NCBI RefSeq assembly: GCF_964204645.1
Contig: NC_134027.1
Coordinates: 5,178,485 to 5,242,484 of the forward strand
Reading direction: 5' to 3'
Source of the DNA: Tubulanus polymorphus
Lineage: Eukaryota; Animalia; Nemertea
DNA length: 64,000 nt
Shown: one piece after another, positions 41,501 to 54,077 of the stretch
How positions within the stretch are numbered: position 1 is the first letter of the stretch
Layout: the number at the start of each line of letters is the position of its first letter
The notes under the pieces: model-generated
What the model was told of the DNA's origin: nothing
Database searches by the model: none
What the model saw: the letters and a program-made list of their open reading frames with translations, nothing else
Program-made: the position numbers and the translations under genes

Positions 41501-44500
41501 TAATGAGCAGTTAATAGTCAACACAGACAAAACCGCTTTGCTTTTAATTCACTCCAAATAGGCTATAAATCATCATATCACCTGTGAAGACATTTATTGC
41601 TCCTAATAGACAAATTCGGGCCATTATTTTCGCTACATATAACAAGCTCGTTTTGTGTCGGTAGGTAGAGAAAGTAAGTGATAAAACATTCCGAATGAAC
41701 GAGTTTGCGTTTGATTAAACCATCTGTCACAGAATAAGAATATATGTAAACTGCTAAATATAAGGATAATACCAATTGCCACCCGATTCAGCTAATGAAA
41801 CCGGAGTGAAAAATTCACTGATTACACAGAATTTTCAAAGAATTGCAGCATTCGATGAAAAACAACAATAATCGAAAACTGTTTTATGGAATTATCTGAA
41901 TAATGGACCAAGGAATGTTTTCCATATAGTTGAAGAATGATAATTTTTAAGCTAAGCTTGAAACACACAAAGTTCCGTTCTCACATGCAATAATATATAT
42001 GACTAGAACCTGTCAATCAAACATAGCTAATCGTCAAATTATCAGGGTAGCAATATCAAAAACGAAATTAATGTGAATTAGGCAAATAGTGATAGACATA
42101 TCGAATTAGAAAGGTGGTCGAAAATGGGTTTATAATAGAGTAAAAACTAGGTCAGATGAATTCAACTTCACAGAAAAGAAAGCAGTTATTGTCAGCACCA
42201 AAAATAACCGACAATATCCCAAAAAGTGAACGAGAGGGAGAGATGCAAGAATCGAAGACCGGAGGACATGTCTGACATTCTTAACAAAGCCGTAATACTC
42301 CATTCTATTGACACAGCAGAAAATTATCTGCATTGTACTTTCATTGTTCAGCCATTTTTTATAATGCAAGCGGATAAAAGGCTTCTGCCCTATGAACAAG
42401 CAGCATTCGTGATTTGCAGGGCACAATGATGAACGAAGACCCACAAGGAATGAACCGCATCTCAAGAAAAATCTTTTAGATAAACTATTTTTCCTTAGCC
42501 ACACGTTCCTAAGTCCCATGGCCATACACATGGAAAACTAATGCCACCTAAAAACACTGAATGCCTTTCAACATTTCACTTGTTATTCAAGTTTACTTTA
42601 AATTACAAATCCGACATCAGTGTCAATTTTCATTGATTTGTCTCATGATATGACAGGTATCTTTTAGTTTATCTGGAACTCACGAAGATGCATGCAAAAT
42701 CTTCCAGCCCGGGAATATTGATGTATATGTCAAACCAATTCAAAAACATTTCCATTGCTGACACTCAACGAAACAGAATCAATCGCAGAAACCATTTCCC
42801 GATGACTGGAAATAGCAAATATCGAAATCAATGATGAGATAATACACATCATGGATATATCATAGTGCGGAGTGTAAGCAAACCATAAGAACTCAAATAC
42901 GATATAACAGAATGCTCACACTTTTGGTTGTCCTTTGCTCGAAAGTAGAGGTTAATTCAAAGATATTTTGGAGTCGATGCAGCAAGTATTCCAGGGTTTC
43001 AATTAGACTCCTCAAGGAGAGCTTGTACGCTGGATAATTGAGACTCGAAAGCCATGAATGATGAACCATTAGTAAGAGGTTGGAGCAAATAACTTTGACG
43101 AAAGGTTTTCAAACGACTAATTTCCCATTGGAAGCAGTCGCAACACCATCGCAGAACACTGAACCAACAATCAACACTAGAGACCTGTCGTAAGGGAAGT
43201 TGGCAATCTCCTTCAAACAATGTGATTACTCTCACGACAATTACAAGTGTATTACACACTAATACCAGTACGAAATTACATTTACAATTTCATTACACAC
43301 TGGACCACTTCTGGTGCCATTTACAAAGGAGTCGTCACAGTGTAAACTATCTTTACCATCAGCGATGTAGGAGTATAGTTTCTGCAGCTCTATCGAGGGA
43401 GTGACAAAAAATGTTACCAGTGCCTCAATGGTCAAAGCCAAGGTCTTACTGATACAACGCTTGAAAAGTACCTAACTGTGCAAATGTAGCATTTCTTTCA
43501 TACAGATACTCCATTCCGTTCCTCATGATCATCAGAGTGATAACTCATTACAAAGAGATACATCTAGAAAGACATTCAAAACATTGTCACAGATACTGAA
43601 ATTGCCTTGAACGTTTGGACTGCTGGATATTAAGAATCACTATCAGATACTGTCACTGGCATGAACTCTGAAAATCTGAAGGGTTGAAGCTACTTATGAG
43701 CCAGACAGACAGACAAGAGAGAGAGAGAGACAGACAGACAGACATTATGAACATATAAGCCGAAAGCTACGTAATTACAGACTTAATGCATTATGATTAC
43801 TTCAGACCATATAAATAAGTTAATGAACATTAATTAGTTTTATATGAAATCATAGCATTTCATGCTGGCTGGGTATTATCCATAGGGCATAACTCTTATA
43901 AATTACATATCCCACATTTGAAAATTCAGATATTTTGGATTTCTATGCGACTATACATAACTACTGATATCCTTCAAGTTGCGACTCCTATCTATAATCT
44001 AGATGATAAGATAAATGAAGGTGTAATATTGTGTTGTCACTGGATTTTTTTAGTATTCTCAAGAAACGTTTCAAGTGTTTTAAACCCCATCAGCGACACG
44101 GTCTAACATTGAAACAAAGTATCTGAGATCTAAGAGTGAGGTCAGGTCATTCGATTAAATCTGTGAATCTTAGGCAAGGACAGTCTCAGGTTTCAAACAC
44201 AGTAAACCCGAAGTGTTCTCAGATGACCCGAACTAGACTGTACCACAATGCAATAGTACAAAGCTGTCATAATTCATTAGACACTGAAAGTGAATCAGTG
44301 GTTGACAGGTTGACAACTATTACTTGACTCTCTCATGATGGATGGGCTGCACATGAGTGGAGGGTCAACTTTTAACCAAAATTCAGGTCGTTATTCGATC
44401 AAGTGGTAAGAATAACAATGATGATTACATTGTTTTACAACAATGGTGCCTGCATCTATGTAAATTGATGATGCGAGCTGAGATCATGTTACAAAATGAT

Positions 44501-47500
44501 TGTTCTGATACGGACTATCATTACACTTCATTATCATAAGATAAAAATACCGACAAATTCAGAAAATTATTTCGCTTCATTGAACAGAGGTTATCAAAGG
44601 ACACCTTATAAAACCAAAGATATGGGGAGCAACTAACAGTGCATTTATGGTATCTTTTGAAAGCTAGACTACACCGGGCTTGTCTGCCAAAATGCTACCG
44701 ATACAGTTATTCATGCCCTTTATCAAAATGCTGTGCAAAAATGTCTCGGGTCAAGCAACCTTTCCTATTACAACATCCATACAATCTCCCAATGGAGGGC
44801 CATCTAAGGAGAGAAGTCCATTTATGTAATGAAAACTTTCTCGTGCTTAAATACTGAACATGACAACTGATAGAATGCAGTGGATACATCAATCAAACTA
44901 AGCTCGAGGTCACTTTATCCATCTGAGAAATATGTGACATATATCTATGTCTGATACGTGTATAAAAGGGGTTATACAAAAAGTGATCAAAATCCCGAAT
45001 CTTTTGAGACACATTGATTTTTTGCTAGCATTTTAAGAAATCCCGAATAAAGTTCAATATAAATATTCAAAGCCCTTTTTTGTTTCAGAGTGGAAGTGGA
45101 AACCTTAAATGTAGTTAATTCCACGTCAGCGCCTGCGACAGATGAAGGGAAAACAATTTGTCAGAGCAGAGATCCGTGCTACGCCAAGATAAGCTGCTTA
45201 CCACACATGAAAATCACCGATATATAATAGAAATGATAAACCAGCTGAAATTTGGTCGATGAGGGAAGGTAATAAAGAGAACCTGTGTATTACGTGGTAG
45301 CGAAGGTAATCCACAGATAATGGCGATGTCGTCTATGTTGTTATTCTTTATAGTTCATCCGTTCTTGACAATTTCAGGGATCAGTGACTGTTGGCAAAAG
45401 ATAACTTGGCATCGCAGACCTCGAGTGATAAATAGCTAGGTAAACTAAGGTCACAGAAACAAATTGTTGGGCACAAGAGATTCGTAAATAATTACTGGCA
45501 AGATCCATTAACATTTCCACATGCGTTATGGAAAATGAAACAGAACACAGAATATTTCAGTGAAATCAAAGAGTATCTATGTATTTTTGACATAATGCAT
45601 ATCAGTATTTCTAGTTCAAGAAAATCCGAAATAATCTCTTCATTTCGAAGTAGTAAACGTGATAAAGGTTCATTTTGTAACTATTTTTCGGTCGTGGGCA
45701 ACATAAAACCTTTGGTCTATTTACATTGTGTCGGCACGAACAAAGATATCATTAAAAGCGCCGCTAGTCTTCAATAGCAAACTTAAGACTTCTGTGCTAG
45801 AAGGAACAACACATTACAGGCAAAGAGCACTTTGTCCAATTTTCACCCTGAATTCGTAGTAACCATTTAACCAGTGTGATATGTGATTTATATACTCAAC
45901 ATTTTGGGTGCAACAGCACAAGATTTCATAATCAAATTGGATTAATTCATTCAAAATACTCAAAAGAAAATGTTTTACAAAAGAGTAAAAGATAATTTTT
46001 GTTATTTCTTAAGATATTTTTTTATCATTTTGAGCAGAGCCTTGTTTAAAGATGTATTCAAATATCAATTCTGTCCACTAGAATACTTTAGTTACAGGTC
46101 AGGAAACTATCAGATGTATTTATTGATGATTGAATATATCAATGATTGCTCCACTGAATATTCCAATCATTATTTCAGGGAATCCATGACGAGTTTAAAT
46201 TGTGAATTGTACACAAATATTTGAGTAAATATAATGTTGTCAAGTATGTGAGTTAACAAAAACGTCTTTGTAGTTTGTGCAGTGTGAACTTTTGAACTGA
46301 TGGCATTAGGTCTAAGTAAATATTCTTTCACTTTCACCTCACCTCTAAAAATCCCATATTAAGTCAACTTCTATTTATGGTCATTTCGAACTAGCAGTTA
46401 ACGTTAGCTTTTTGAAATTTCAAAAATGAATCCATTCAAATTTTTCGAAATATGAATGAAGTGAATGCTCCACAGTCATCTATTCTTCCGTGAAATACAT
46501 CAATTTATTTTACAGATGAAGTACACTCTAATGATCAACTTCAGAGCAGTGTTTTTTTATTGACACAAGACACGCTGAGAAAGCTGCCTGAAATTCTTCA
46601 TTCCAATGAAGAAATTACTTTACGACAGAAATTCAATCAAAGATTTCTATAAACTGAGCGAGTCAAGACGATGAATTGTTAGAATTACGCCAGCTATCAA
46701 TTCAATCGAGGGAAATATAAACAATTCAGTGTGAAGCAGTTGATGAGGTAGACACCTTTATTGCTGACATGGAGCTGGTACCACTAAAAACTGACTTGAA
46801 TCATTGGAAAAGAAGTAATGCTGATTTTACCGAGTCAGGCAAAAACCTCAAGCGTTTTCAAATTCCTCATCTTCGATGAAATGAAATATCATAATGTTTT
46901 GCAATTTCTAAATACTTTGATGCGCTTTGTCATTTTTCAATGTCTTCCTGAATCATGTATATGTTGAATGAAATAATGCGAAAAACTCCATTCCCAATGA
47001 CCTGCATTTGCTTTTCCATGGAAGTACATTTTATTCGATGCAACTTGATGCCTGTATGCCATTAAGATGAAGATGAATTATTTTGAAAGGTGCTGTCAAT
47101 TTGTTTAACTGCTATCTGAAGTTCTGTGTATAATAGTTATAAATCCTTGAGTTACACATCAATAAACTGTCATAGTTAACACCCTTGTTAAACACCAAAC
47201 ACTTTCAGAAACGATTACCCTTAAAAATATTGCACAATCTTCAATTATCTAGTGCTTGATGAATTTAATTTCTCTGAAAAACTAACAGCGTTTGATCAAT
47301 GTAGTTTGAAATCATTGTAATTTTGTTAATTTGTGTTTTTACGTCGAACCTCATGTGAATATGAAACTGTACTGGGGGATATTAATCATCTCTGTGAAAC
47401 TGTCGGCTGAATCCCGCGAGATGCTGCGCCAAATTTGAGCTATCAAGTAAATTTTAATAGCAATACTGTCATCTACAGACAATGATTTTCGCAATTTCAA

Positions 47501-49937
47501 TCCTGCTTTTCCCGAAAAATTATCAAGTAATGAAAAATAATATGGGATGTGTCAAAATACTGACAGCCAATGTCTGATGATGATGGATCACTTTATCCAT
47601 GATTTTTTGTTTAACTTATCCTATCACTGCCTCCAAAGCTTTTCATTTCACATACGTATTGACTACTACACTGCTTGATCAATCATTTATTTAGTAAGAA
47701 TAAGAAAATTATCTAAATAATTACCTAACCCGATGGAAAGTTTCGAACATTAAATCACATAGTCAAAACGCTATTTTCTTTACTTGCGAAAACAAGGAGA
47801 TGACCTATAATAATTGGAAACTAGCTAAAACCATGCCAGATCAAATTTCTAGAAAATAACAAAGACATCTAAATCTACTCACAATAGCTGAACTCTTACT
47901 CATTTCGACTGTTCTCCCAATAAACTAATTTCTAGAGCACTGACTAAAGATTTCACGCAGAGAAGCTGGCTTTTTTAAAAGCAGCTATGCTATAAGTGAA
48001 GACTAAAACCTCTAGTTCACAGCAGGACGTTCACTGCACAGTGTATTAGAAAAATAAAGGCATATCTCGAATTTCATGAAATTTTAGATGCTCGCAATGT
48101 TTTTTCCATTGCTCCAAATATTCTTAATCATCACCCTCCTGAAAGATATTCTCAGTATAAGAAGAGTATAGCATAGATATCCATTCTATAAATTTTGTAA
48201 TTAGGATTTAAGAAGAAATTAATTGCTTCAAAAACCAATTGTACATATTTAGCTTTTCATCGGTATCTTTTCATCTATTGAACCTAAAGCTCTCACCAAT
48301 GGTCAGATTTTTTTTTCTTGAAATAGAATATCATATCATTGTTGTGATTTCGGATCAACGAGAATCTAAAAACTGAAGCACACCCATCAAAAAAATATTA
48401 TCTTCATTTTTATACCTAAATTAACTCATAAGCCGGTTTTTGCCGGCAAACATTGTCCAAAATTTGAGCAAATTAACTCAATTTTCGCCCGGTGTTAGCG
48501 ATGAATGCATTACATTCTATGTAATGTTGTTTCTCAAAACTTTACCACAGAAAAGTATTCAGGCCAAGTCGGCTTCCGATTCTACTGTTTAAAGGCGGCT
48601 TAAATCGGCAAAAATACTGAGTTATTCTCATCGAAAGCTGGTCTCATAAAGAACGGATTTCACACACCGTACTTAACAATAGGCACCACTGCTCCCAATT
48701 CCGGCATCTGTCTTTACAAGAAAAGTCTGCATCTCTCTTGATTTTAAGAATTCGCCAAACTAAAAGGATTCAGTGCCGGGCTTAATTCTATTGTATTTAT
48801 CAAAGATTTGGATGTATTGACCTGATTCAGATCTAAAAGAACACTAAAATGTTGCCCTATAGCGAAGTAGTGGTAAAAAATTCCAACTGTGATTGACATT
48901 TGGCTGCAAAGGGCTACATCAAACGTTTTGAGCAACTAAAAATTCAAGAAAAAAAAGTTTATTCACCTTTCACTAGTAATGTAAAAATCTCAAAATATAA
49001 AATCAAGAACAATTCCATTGTATTCGTATGATTATGCAAAAACTTGGTATACCATGAAAGTATCTCCAATACTAGGCTTATTCTATATCTAAAATGAAAA
49101 TCTGTAATGAATAATGATAACTTTTCCTCTTTTTTAAAGAGATAACCTCAATGCACTATAGAAATTAACTTGTTTACATTAGATAGCGATCGATGTTTGA
49201 AAAATAATGACTAATTCTGAACAAAAATTCAACTAGTAGTCAATCATGATAATGATGAAAATAAGAAACTGATAATGAATAGAAAATACATTTATAAATA
49301 CATGTATTTCTATGGAATTATTCTGTATTTTGTAGTGATTTGACATTAAGATAATTGAAATAGGGAAAACCATATGCAATGTTAATAGACATTATTCATC
49401 TTTACGAATATGAAATATTTTCTACATTTGAAAAATTTATTGAATCAACATTAATTTGTGATTAATATGATATGCATAATCGAAGACTCAAAGATTTCTA
49501 AATGAGTAATATATTTCGAAACCTTAGAAAACCGACAGTAATGAAGTCACGGAGATTGGGTTTATTAATCAATTACAATCACGTATATCTTGCGATTTAA
49601 AGCCGTAGTTTTTAACCGTGAATTGCATGAAAGATTGTCATCAAAATAACACGAAAACTCGGGTATAAAACAGATTTCTGATGATTGTAGAAAGCCATCA
49701 CGGGTTCCTTTATAATGCTGTCAAATCGTAGACGGGTTTTACAATAGAATTAATGAAGAAAGTTCAACTGTATGCGGTAGTGCTTGCGCTAAAAACCAGC
49801 TACTGTGCGTTGTATTACAAAAAACCATGCTACGTACAACCAAGCTGTACAAACTCATTAAAAAAGGCAAAAATACACTTACCCGAAACTATTTGACAGC
49901 ACAAAATCAAAGCGATAACACTAAACGATATATTCAT
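8576..49937 (-). CDS. RECK: Reversion-inducing cysteine-rich protein with Kazal motifs, ~953 aa, 21 coding exons, signal peptide and GPI-like tail
   Basis: Exons: 49937-49883 (signal peptide [19 protein letters not shown]), 22988-22924, 22334-22260, 19882-19846, 19080-18998, 15365-15281, 13951-13760, 13614-13484, 12823-12674, 12021-11925, 11454-11278, 11194-11098, 10991-10864, 10753-10610, 10508-10317, 10222-10100, 9964-9728, 9617-9487, 9403-9172, 9101-8893, 8797-8576. All are GT-AG with matching phases, 2862 nt in total. Diagnostic motifs: five CC domains, [31 protein letters not shown], Kazal motifs ([26 protein letters not shown]), PPGGCCPIC, and a hydrophobic C-terminus. Exon 1 is the least certain assignment. 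Confidence 0.95.
30729..30742. repeat. (GA)n microsatellite
   Basis: GAGAGAGAGAGAGA read directly from the sequence. Confidence 0.8.
36314..36331. repeat. (GAT)6 microsatellite
   Basis: GATGATGATGATGATGAT read directly from the sequence. Confidence 0.85.
43702..43744. repeat. Compound (CAGA)n(GA)n(CAGA)n microsatellite
   Basis: cagacagacagacaagagagagagagagacagacagacagaca. Confidence 0.85.
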
Positions 49938-51437
49938 CTTGATCTTAGTTGTCGTAGATCCGTATTGACGCTCATATTTACTATAAATATTGCTACACGC
50001 GGAAGACAGCCGGCTATGTTCGCTGACACGGCTATTCCGACTTACTGGCTCACTCCCGCCGTTATTCATCACATGAAAAAATTATTTCAACTTTTTTAAA
50101 TCAAATGTCAAACTGATAATCTTTACAGTTATCAAGCTCGTATCCAGTGTTTATTTACATAGGGTATTAATACAGTTTCATGTTAAAATGTTTGTGTACG
50201 TGGGCAACTGGCTTTCAACAACTGCATTCGACAAAGTCAGTTTACCAACTGCGATTCGTCTGCTATTGAAAACCGAATTAACTCCTTACGTTGCCGCTAG
50301 GGTACACGCTATAAAGGAGTAAGCTACACTTATTCCCCATGGTGGCAGAATCTGCAATTAAAATTATCATAAATCCCACTCATAGATTATCATTTAGAGG
50401 TCTTGGTTTGAATTTTTTCCTGCACTGATTTTTCAATCAATATTCAGTGATCCAAGTTTGTTCTCATTGTTCCTGATAAAAGATTAAACAGATTTTAGGT
50501 TTTTATTTAGTTTTCGAGATTGCCACTAGTGCTGCGACCCATAGTCAAATTTCAAATTCGCTTTTAGCTGCGCTGCACAATTTTTTAATCGGAGACACCA
50601 CCCATCCTCTGATGTATCCAGAAACTTATGAATTCCCTTTCAGATAAGTTACCTCAACGTACTTTCGACAACTTTCCATTTAAAAAAAAATATATTGCAT
50701 GCGACAAAATAGATGTTAAATCAGAATATTTATTTACAACAAAATGGAAATTACAGTTTACAAAATTACAGCTTTCTTTTTATAAATAGATAAATAAGTA
50801 CAAATAACTAGCGACATATGCGACCTATATGTGGCATCAACACCAGGATCACAAACGGACGGGACCGTTCACGAGCCCAATTCAATGGCTTGTACGGTAA
50901 ATGTTGGATAGAAAACTGACCGCGTGGAATGGCAGCATACGTATCTACTGGTTCACCGAGTCAATAAGTCTATATACGATGATGGGTTAGCAGGGTTTTG
51001 AAGAAGGAACGGAATGCTAAACTGATATATACATCATATGAATTGATTCTGTATACGTAAAATAACAAGAATTTATATGTGAAAAATATGCCACGTCAAT
51101 AGATCTAGCTGAAAACCTAATCAATGAAATGAATCTAAAAGAGTCTAACAAATGATAATCATTTTTTGAACAACTTTTAACTCAGAGATAAAATTTCGTT
51201 TAACTACATGTATCTACATCTTAGTTATTTTTACAACTAAATACATTTCATGTACAGTCGTTATTTATAAGAAATCATTACGATAATTACACGTTCAACA
51301 TTAACTGTTTCAGACATTCTTGTGTAAATAATTAATGCCCCATTTTAATGAATCGCGAATCTGTATTTCGTTACACCAGCCCCACATGTTATCACAGCAT
51401 TTTCTTCAGTAATACAACCGTAAAGGGTATTTCAAGT

Positions 51438-54077
51438 TCAATAGTCGTCGAGCGAGAATCGTTCCATTTTAAGAGCATATTTCACTGCTTCGCATACATC
51501 AGTACATATTTGAGACGGCATTCGTAACGCAGGTACATTTTCAAAATCACGATGACCTTGATGGTTTTTATGCCGTTGAGTGATTTTCATTTCTTTATCC
51601 TTTCCCGGCTTGTAGACACCAGTTTCGACCAGAATTCCGTGGATTTTTCGCACTGATTGCCCGGTGAACACTGCTTCCGGTGGAACGGCGCGCGATTTCG
51701 AAACTGCAATTTCGTTTCGGAGTTTTTTCACATCGAGGATTCCATCTTTCTGTATCATTTCGACGCTACTGCGACGCTGTCGAGTGATGTATTTATCATA
51801 CAGATTCGAACCTACGATATCAACTTCTGGGTTGTCCCTGGAAATTCAAATACGAAAATAAAACTGTGATTGTGACCAATGTTCGGCACATGGACTGAGT
51901 TAATTACGTATGATATAAGATATGATACATTGTGCAGAATCGAAATATTACTAACCCAAAGAAGTATAACCGAGTGATGGGCTGCGTGTATCCCATTTGT
52001 CTGGCTTGTTTTGATACACAGTCCTCGGCATATCTGTAAGTAATTTCACTTGGTTTTCCAATCAGCGCCGTGTAATTCAATTCTTGGCCAGTTATTTTCT
52101 GTAGGAGAGAAATTCGCCGAGTAGTTGTTACGCAGATTGATTACATATAGGAATTTGTCTAACGGTCGTTGTTATCTTACCCTGTACAACGCTTCTAAAC
52201 AAACGAGGAACGCACCATGACCAAACCTGCAGTAGACATTTTAACTATTGAAAATAATATATGTTTACGTTACACAGTATCTTCTTGATTCTAATTTCAT
52301 ATACGACTCACCTTGGCATACAAGCTTCAGCCATGAACACAAGATCCATGTTACAAGCCAGGATTGGTATATGATATTTGGGGAATGAATCTGGAGCTTT
52401 CGTCGGGTTGCCATCTGTAACTAACAGATCCACTAATAACTGTAGTTTCGATTCCCATCGATCTGGTTCTCCGAACATAATTATAGCTTCAATCTTCGGC
52501 AACGGTTTATCACCTGTGTAATGTTTAGCCTGAAATAAGAGCCAAGAAAATATATTTCAAATGGATTTGACGCCTCCATCTATTTGACTAGTTGGAAAAA
52601 CAATCGATTTTTTATGTCAAATGGGTACACGTGATTATAATGATATGACTTCACGAGATCATCATGTGAATCGATGAATTTTTTGTCCAACCAACGAAGT
52701 TACATAACATGACTTTTAAAAAATTACAAGTACGTTAACTTAAAAACGTTGTTTTCCAAAACAAGCCCTAATTTCCCATGTCATACTCTATTATGCGCGT
52801 TATCATTGACGCGCATAATCATCAAAGTTATCATTGTATCTATTCAGTTAATGTCAAATTTTTTCCAGGTCAAAGTTTTATTTCCTCGCACTGTTAATAG
52901 GACAAACCCTGGATAATGACGTACGAACATAAATCCAGGTCAGGGACGGGAAAACATTTTGAAAAGATTCGGAATTTAATTCGGCGATAAAATTACGAGG
53001 GTCAGCGAGAGACTCTGTGATAATTCAATTGTCCTATAGAACGTAATAGCTGTACAGATGGAATTTGAGTGGTGACTTCTAACCTAATCCAGTACTCTAG
53101 TTAAAACCAGTAATTTCGAACTAACCCACATAAGACAATGCTCCCAAGCGAGGGGCTGATCAAACTGGATTATGACATTTTACGAATGACGTCAAACTGA
53201 TATTTTTTATCATAATAGATATACTCACCACGTATCGCCTGTTGGCGTGGTCGACCATATCTAATAGCGGGTAGCTTTCTTTCACATCCTCAATCGAACA
53301 CGTACGCGTAAAGCCAAGACTTATATATTTGTCAAGGAACCAATTCTATTGTTGTATTCTGTATATTTTCTTAGTTTTTACGTTTTCTTTAAAAGGATAC
53401 TCTGCACATATTTCTTTCAGTGGTCCCTGTCCAAGACACAGAACGTATTTATTCTTGTAGGATTCAAACACCTTTAATGGGGTTTGTGCGTGAATCACTT
53501 GATCAGTCGATATCTGAAAAATAATCACAATTCTGTGAAGTATAGACTTTGATACATTTTTCCTCTATCATTCCCATTCCTCTATTATTGCGGGATAATA
53601 CACATAAGAAGAGTAACTTTATCTTACCTCAATACCTAACCAATTCTCCAGTTGTTTGGCTTTGGTACAATCTCGGTTGCAACCGTTCGTTACGAAGGCC
53701 ATCGGAACTTTGATTTCGCCATCTTTACGAATTAGATCGATCATATCTTTAGCAGGCTGTAGAGCTGTAGAACCCCTCGCTATTACGCCGTCGATATCGA
53801 ACAACAGTCCAAACGAAGGTCCAGTCAGATCCTACGAGGGAACATTCATAGCACGTGAATTTACTTCAAAATGTTAACGAATCCTAATCAATCTATCCAA
53901 GGAAATGATTTCAATACAATTTTCAGTTTATCTGACATCACAATCGAAGGGATGTACGAATATACTCACAGCTTCGGCTTTTGAGGTTTTTGTAGTAGGC
54001 GGCGACCCTCGAAATACATCATCAAATACATTGTCATCACCTTCACTACTAGATTCACGCTCGTGTTCAACACCCAT
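51438..54077 (-). CDS. HDHD5: Haloacid dehalogenase-like hydrolase domain-containing 5 (CECR5 family, HAD class IIA), ~440 aa, 8 coding exons
   Basis: Exons 54077-53970, 53831-53628, 53513-53401, 53319-53229, 52529-52312, 52226-52181, 52098-51956, 51837-51438; 1323 nt, phases match. Motifs: FGLLFDIDGV (motif I), FVTNG (motif II), GEPDRWE..LQLLVD, ACNMDL.FMAEA.MPRFGHGAF, IGKP (motif III), GDNPEVDIVGSN (motif IV), ILVETGVY and HQGHRDF. The start codon is uncertain because of possible upstream exons. Confidence 0.93.
53320..53400 (-). other. U12-type (minor spliceosome) GT-AG intron in HDHD5, 81 nt
   Basis: 5' splice site GTATCCTTTT, branch site TTCCTTGAC (53339-53331) about 12 nt from the 3' AG, no polypyrimidine tract. 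Removing it restores the frame ICA-D-LGF. Confidence 0.92.

Larger units (their letters stand above)
22989..49882 (-). other. RECK intron 1 (~26.9 kb)
   Basis: Runs from a strong donor G|GTAAGT after the signal-peptide exon to TTTGTAG before the CC1 exon; phase 1 at both ends. No ORF over 133 aa in the track and no recognisable protein inside. Confidence 0.75.

Noticed and set aside
23000-49800. Many 60-133 aa ORFs in RECK intron 1 as a nested gene or transposon
   Set aside because: No RT, transposase or other domain motifs; compositions are typical of random AT-rich ORFs.
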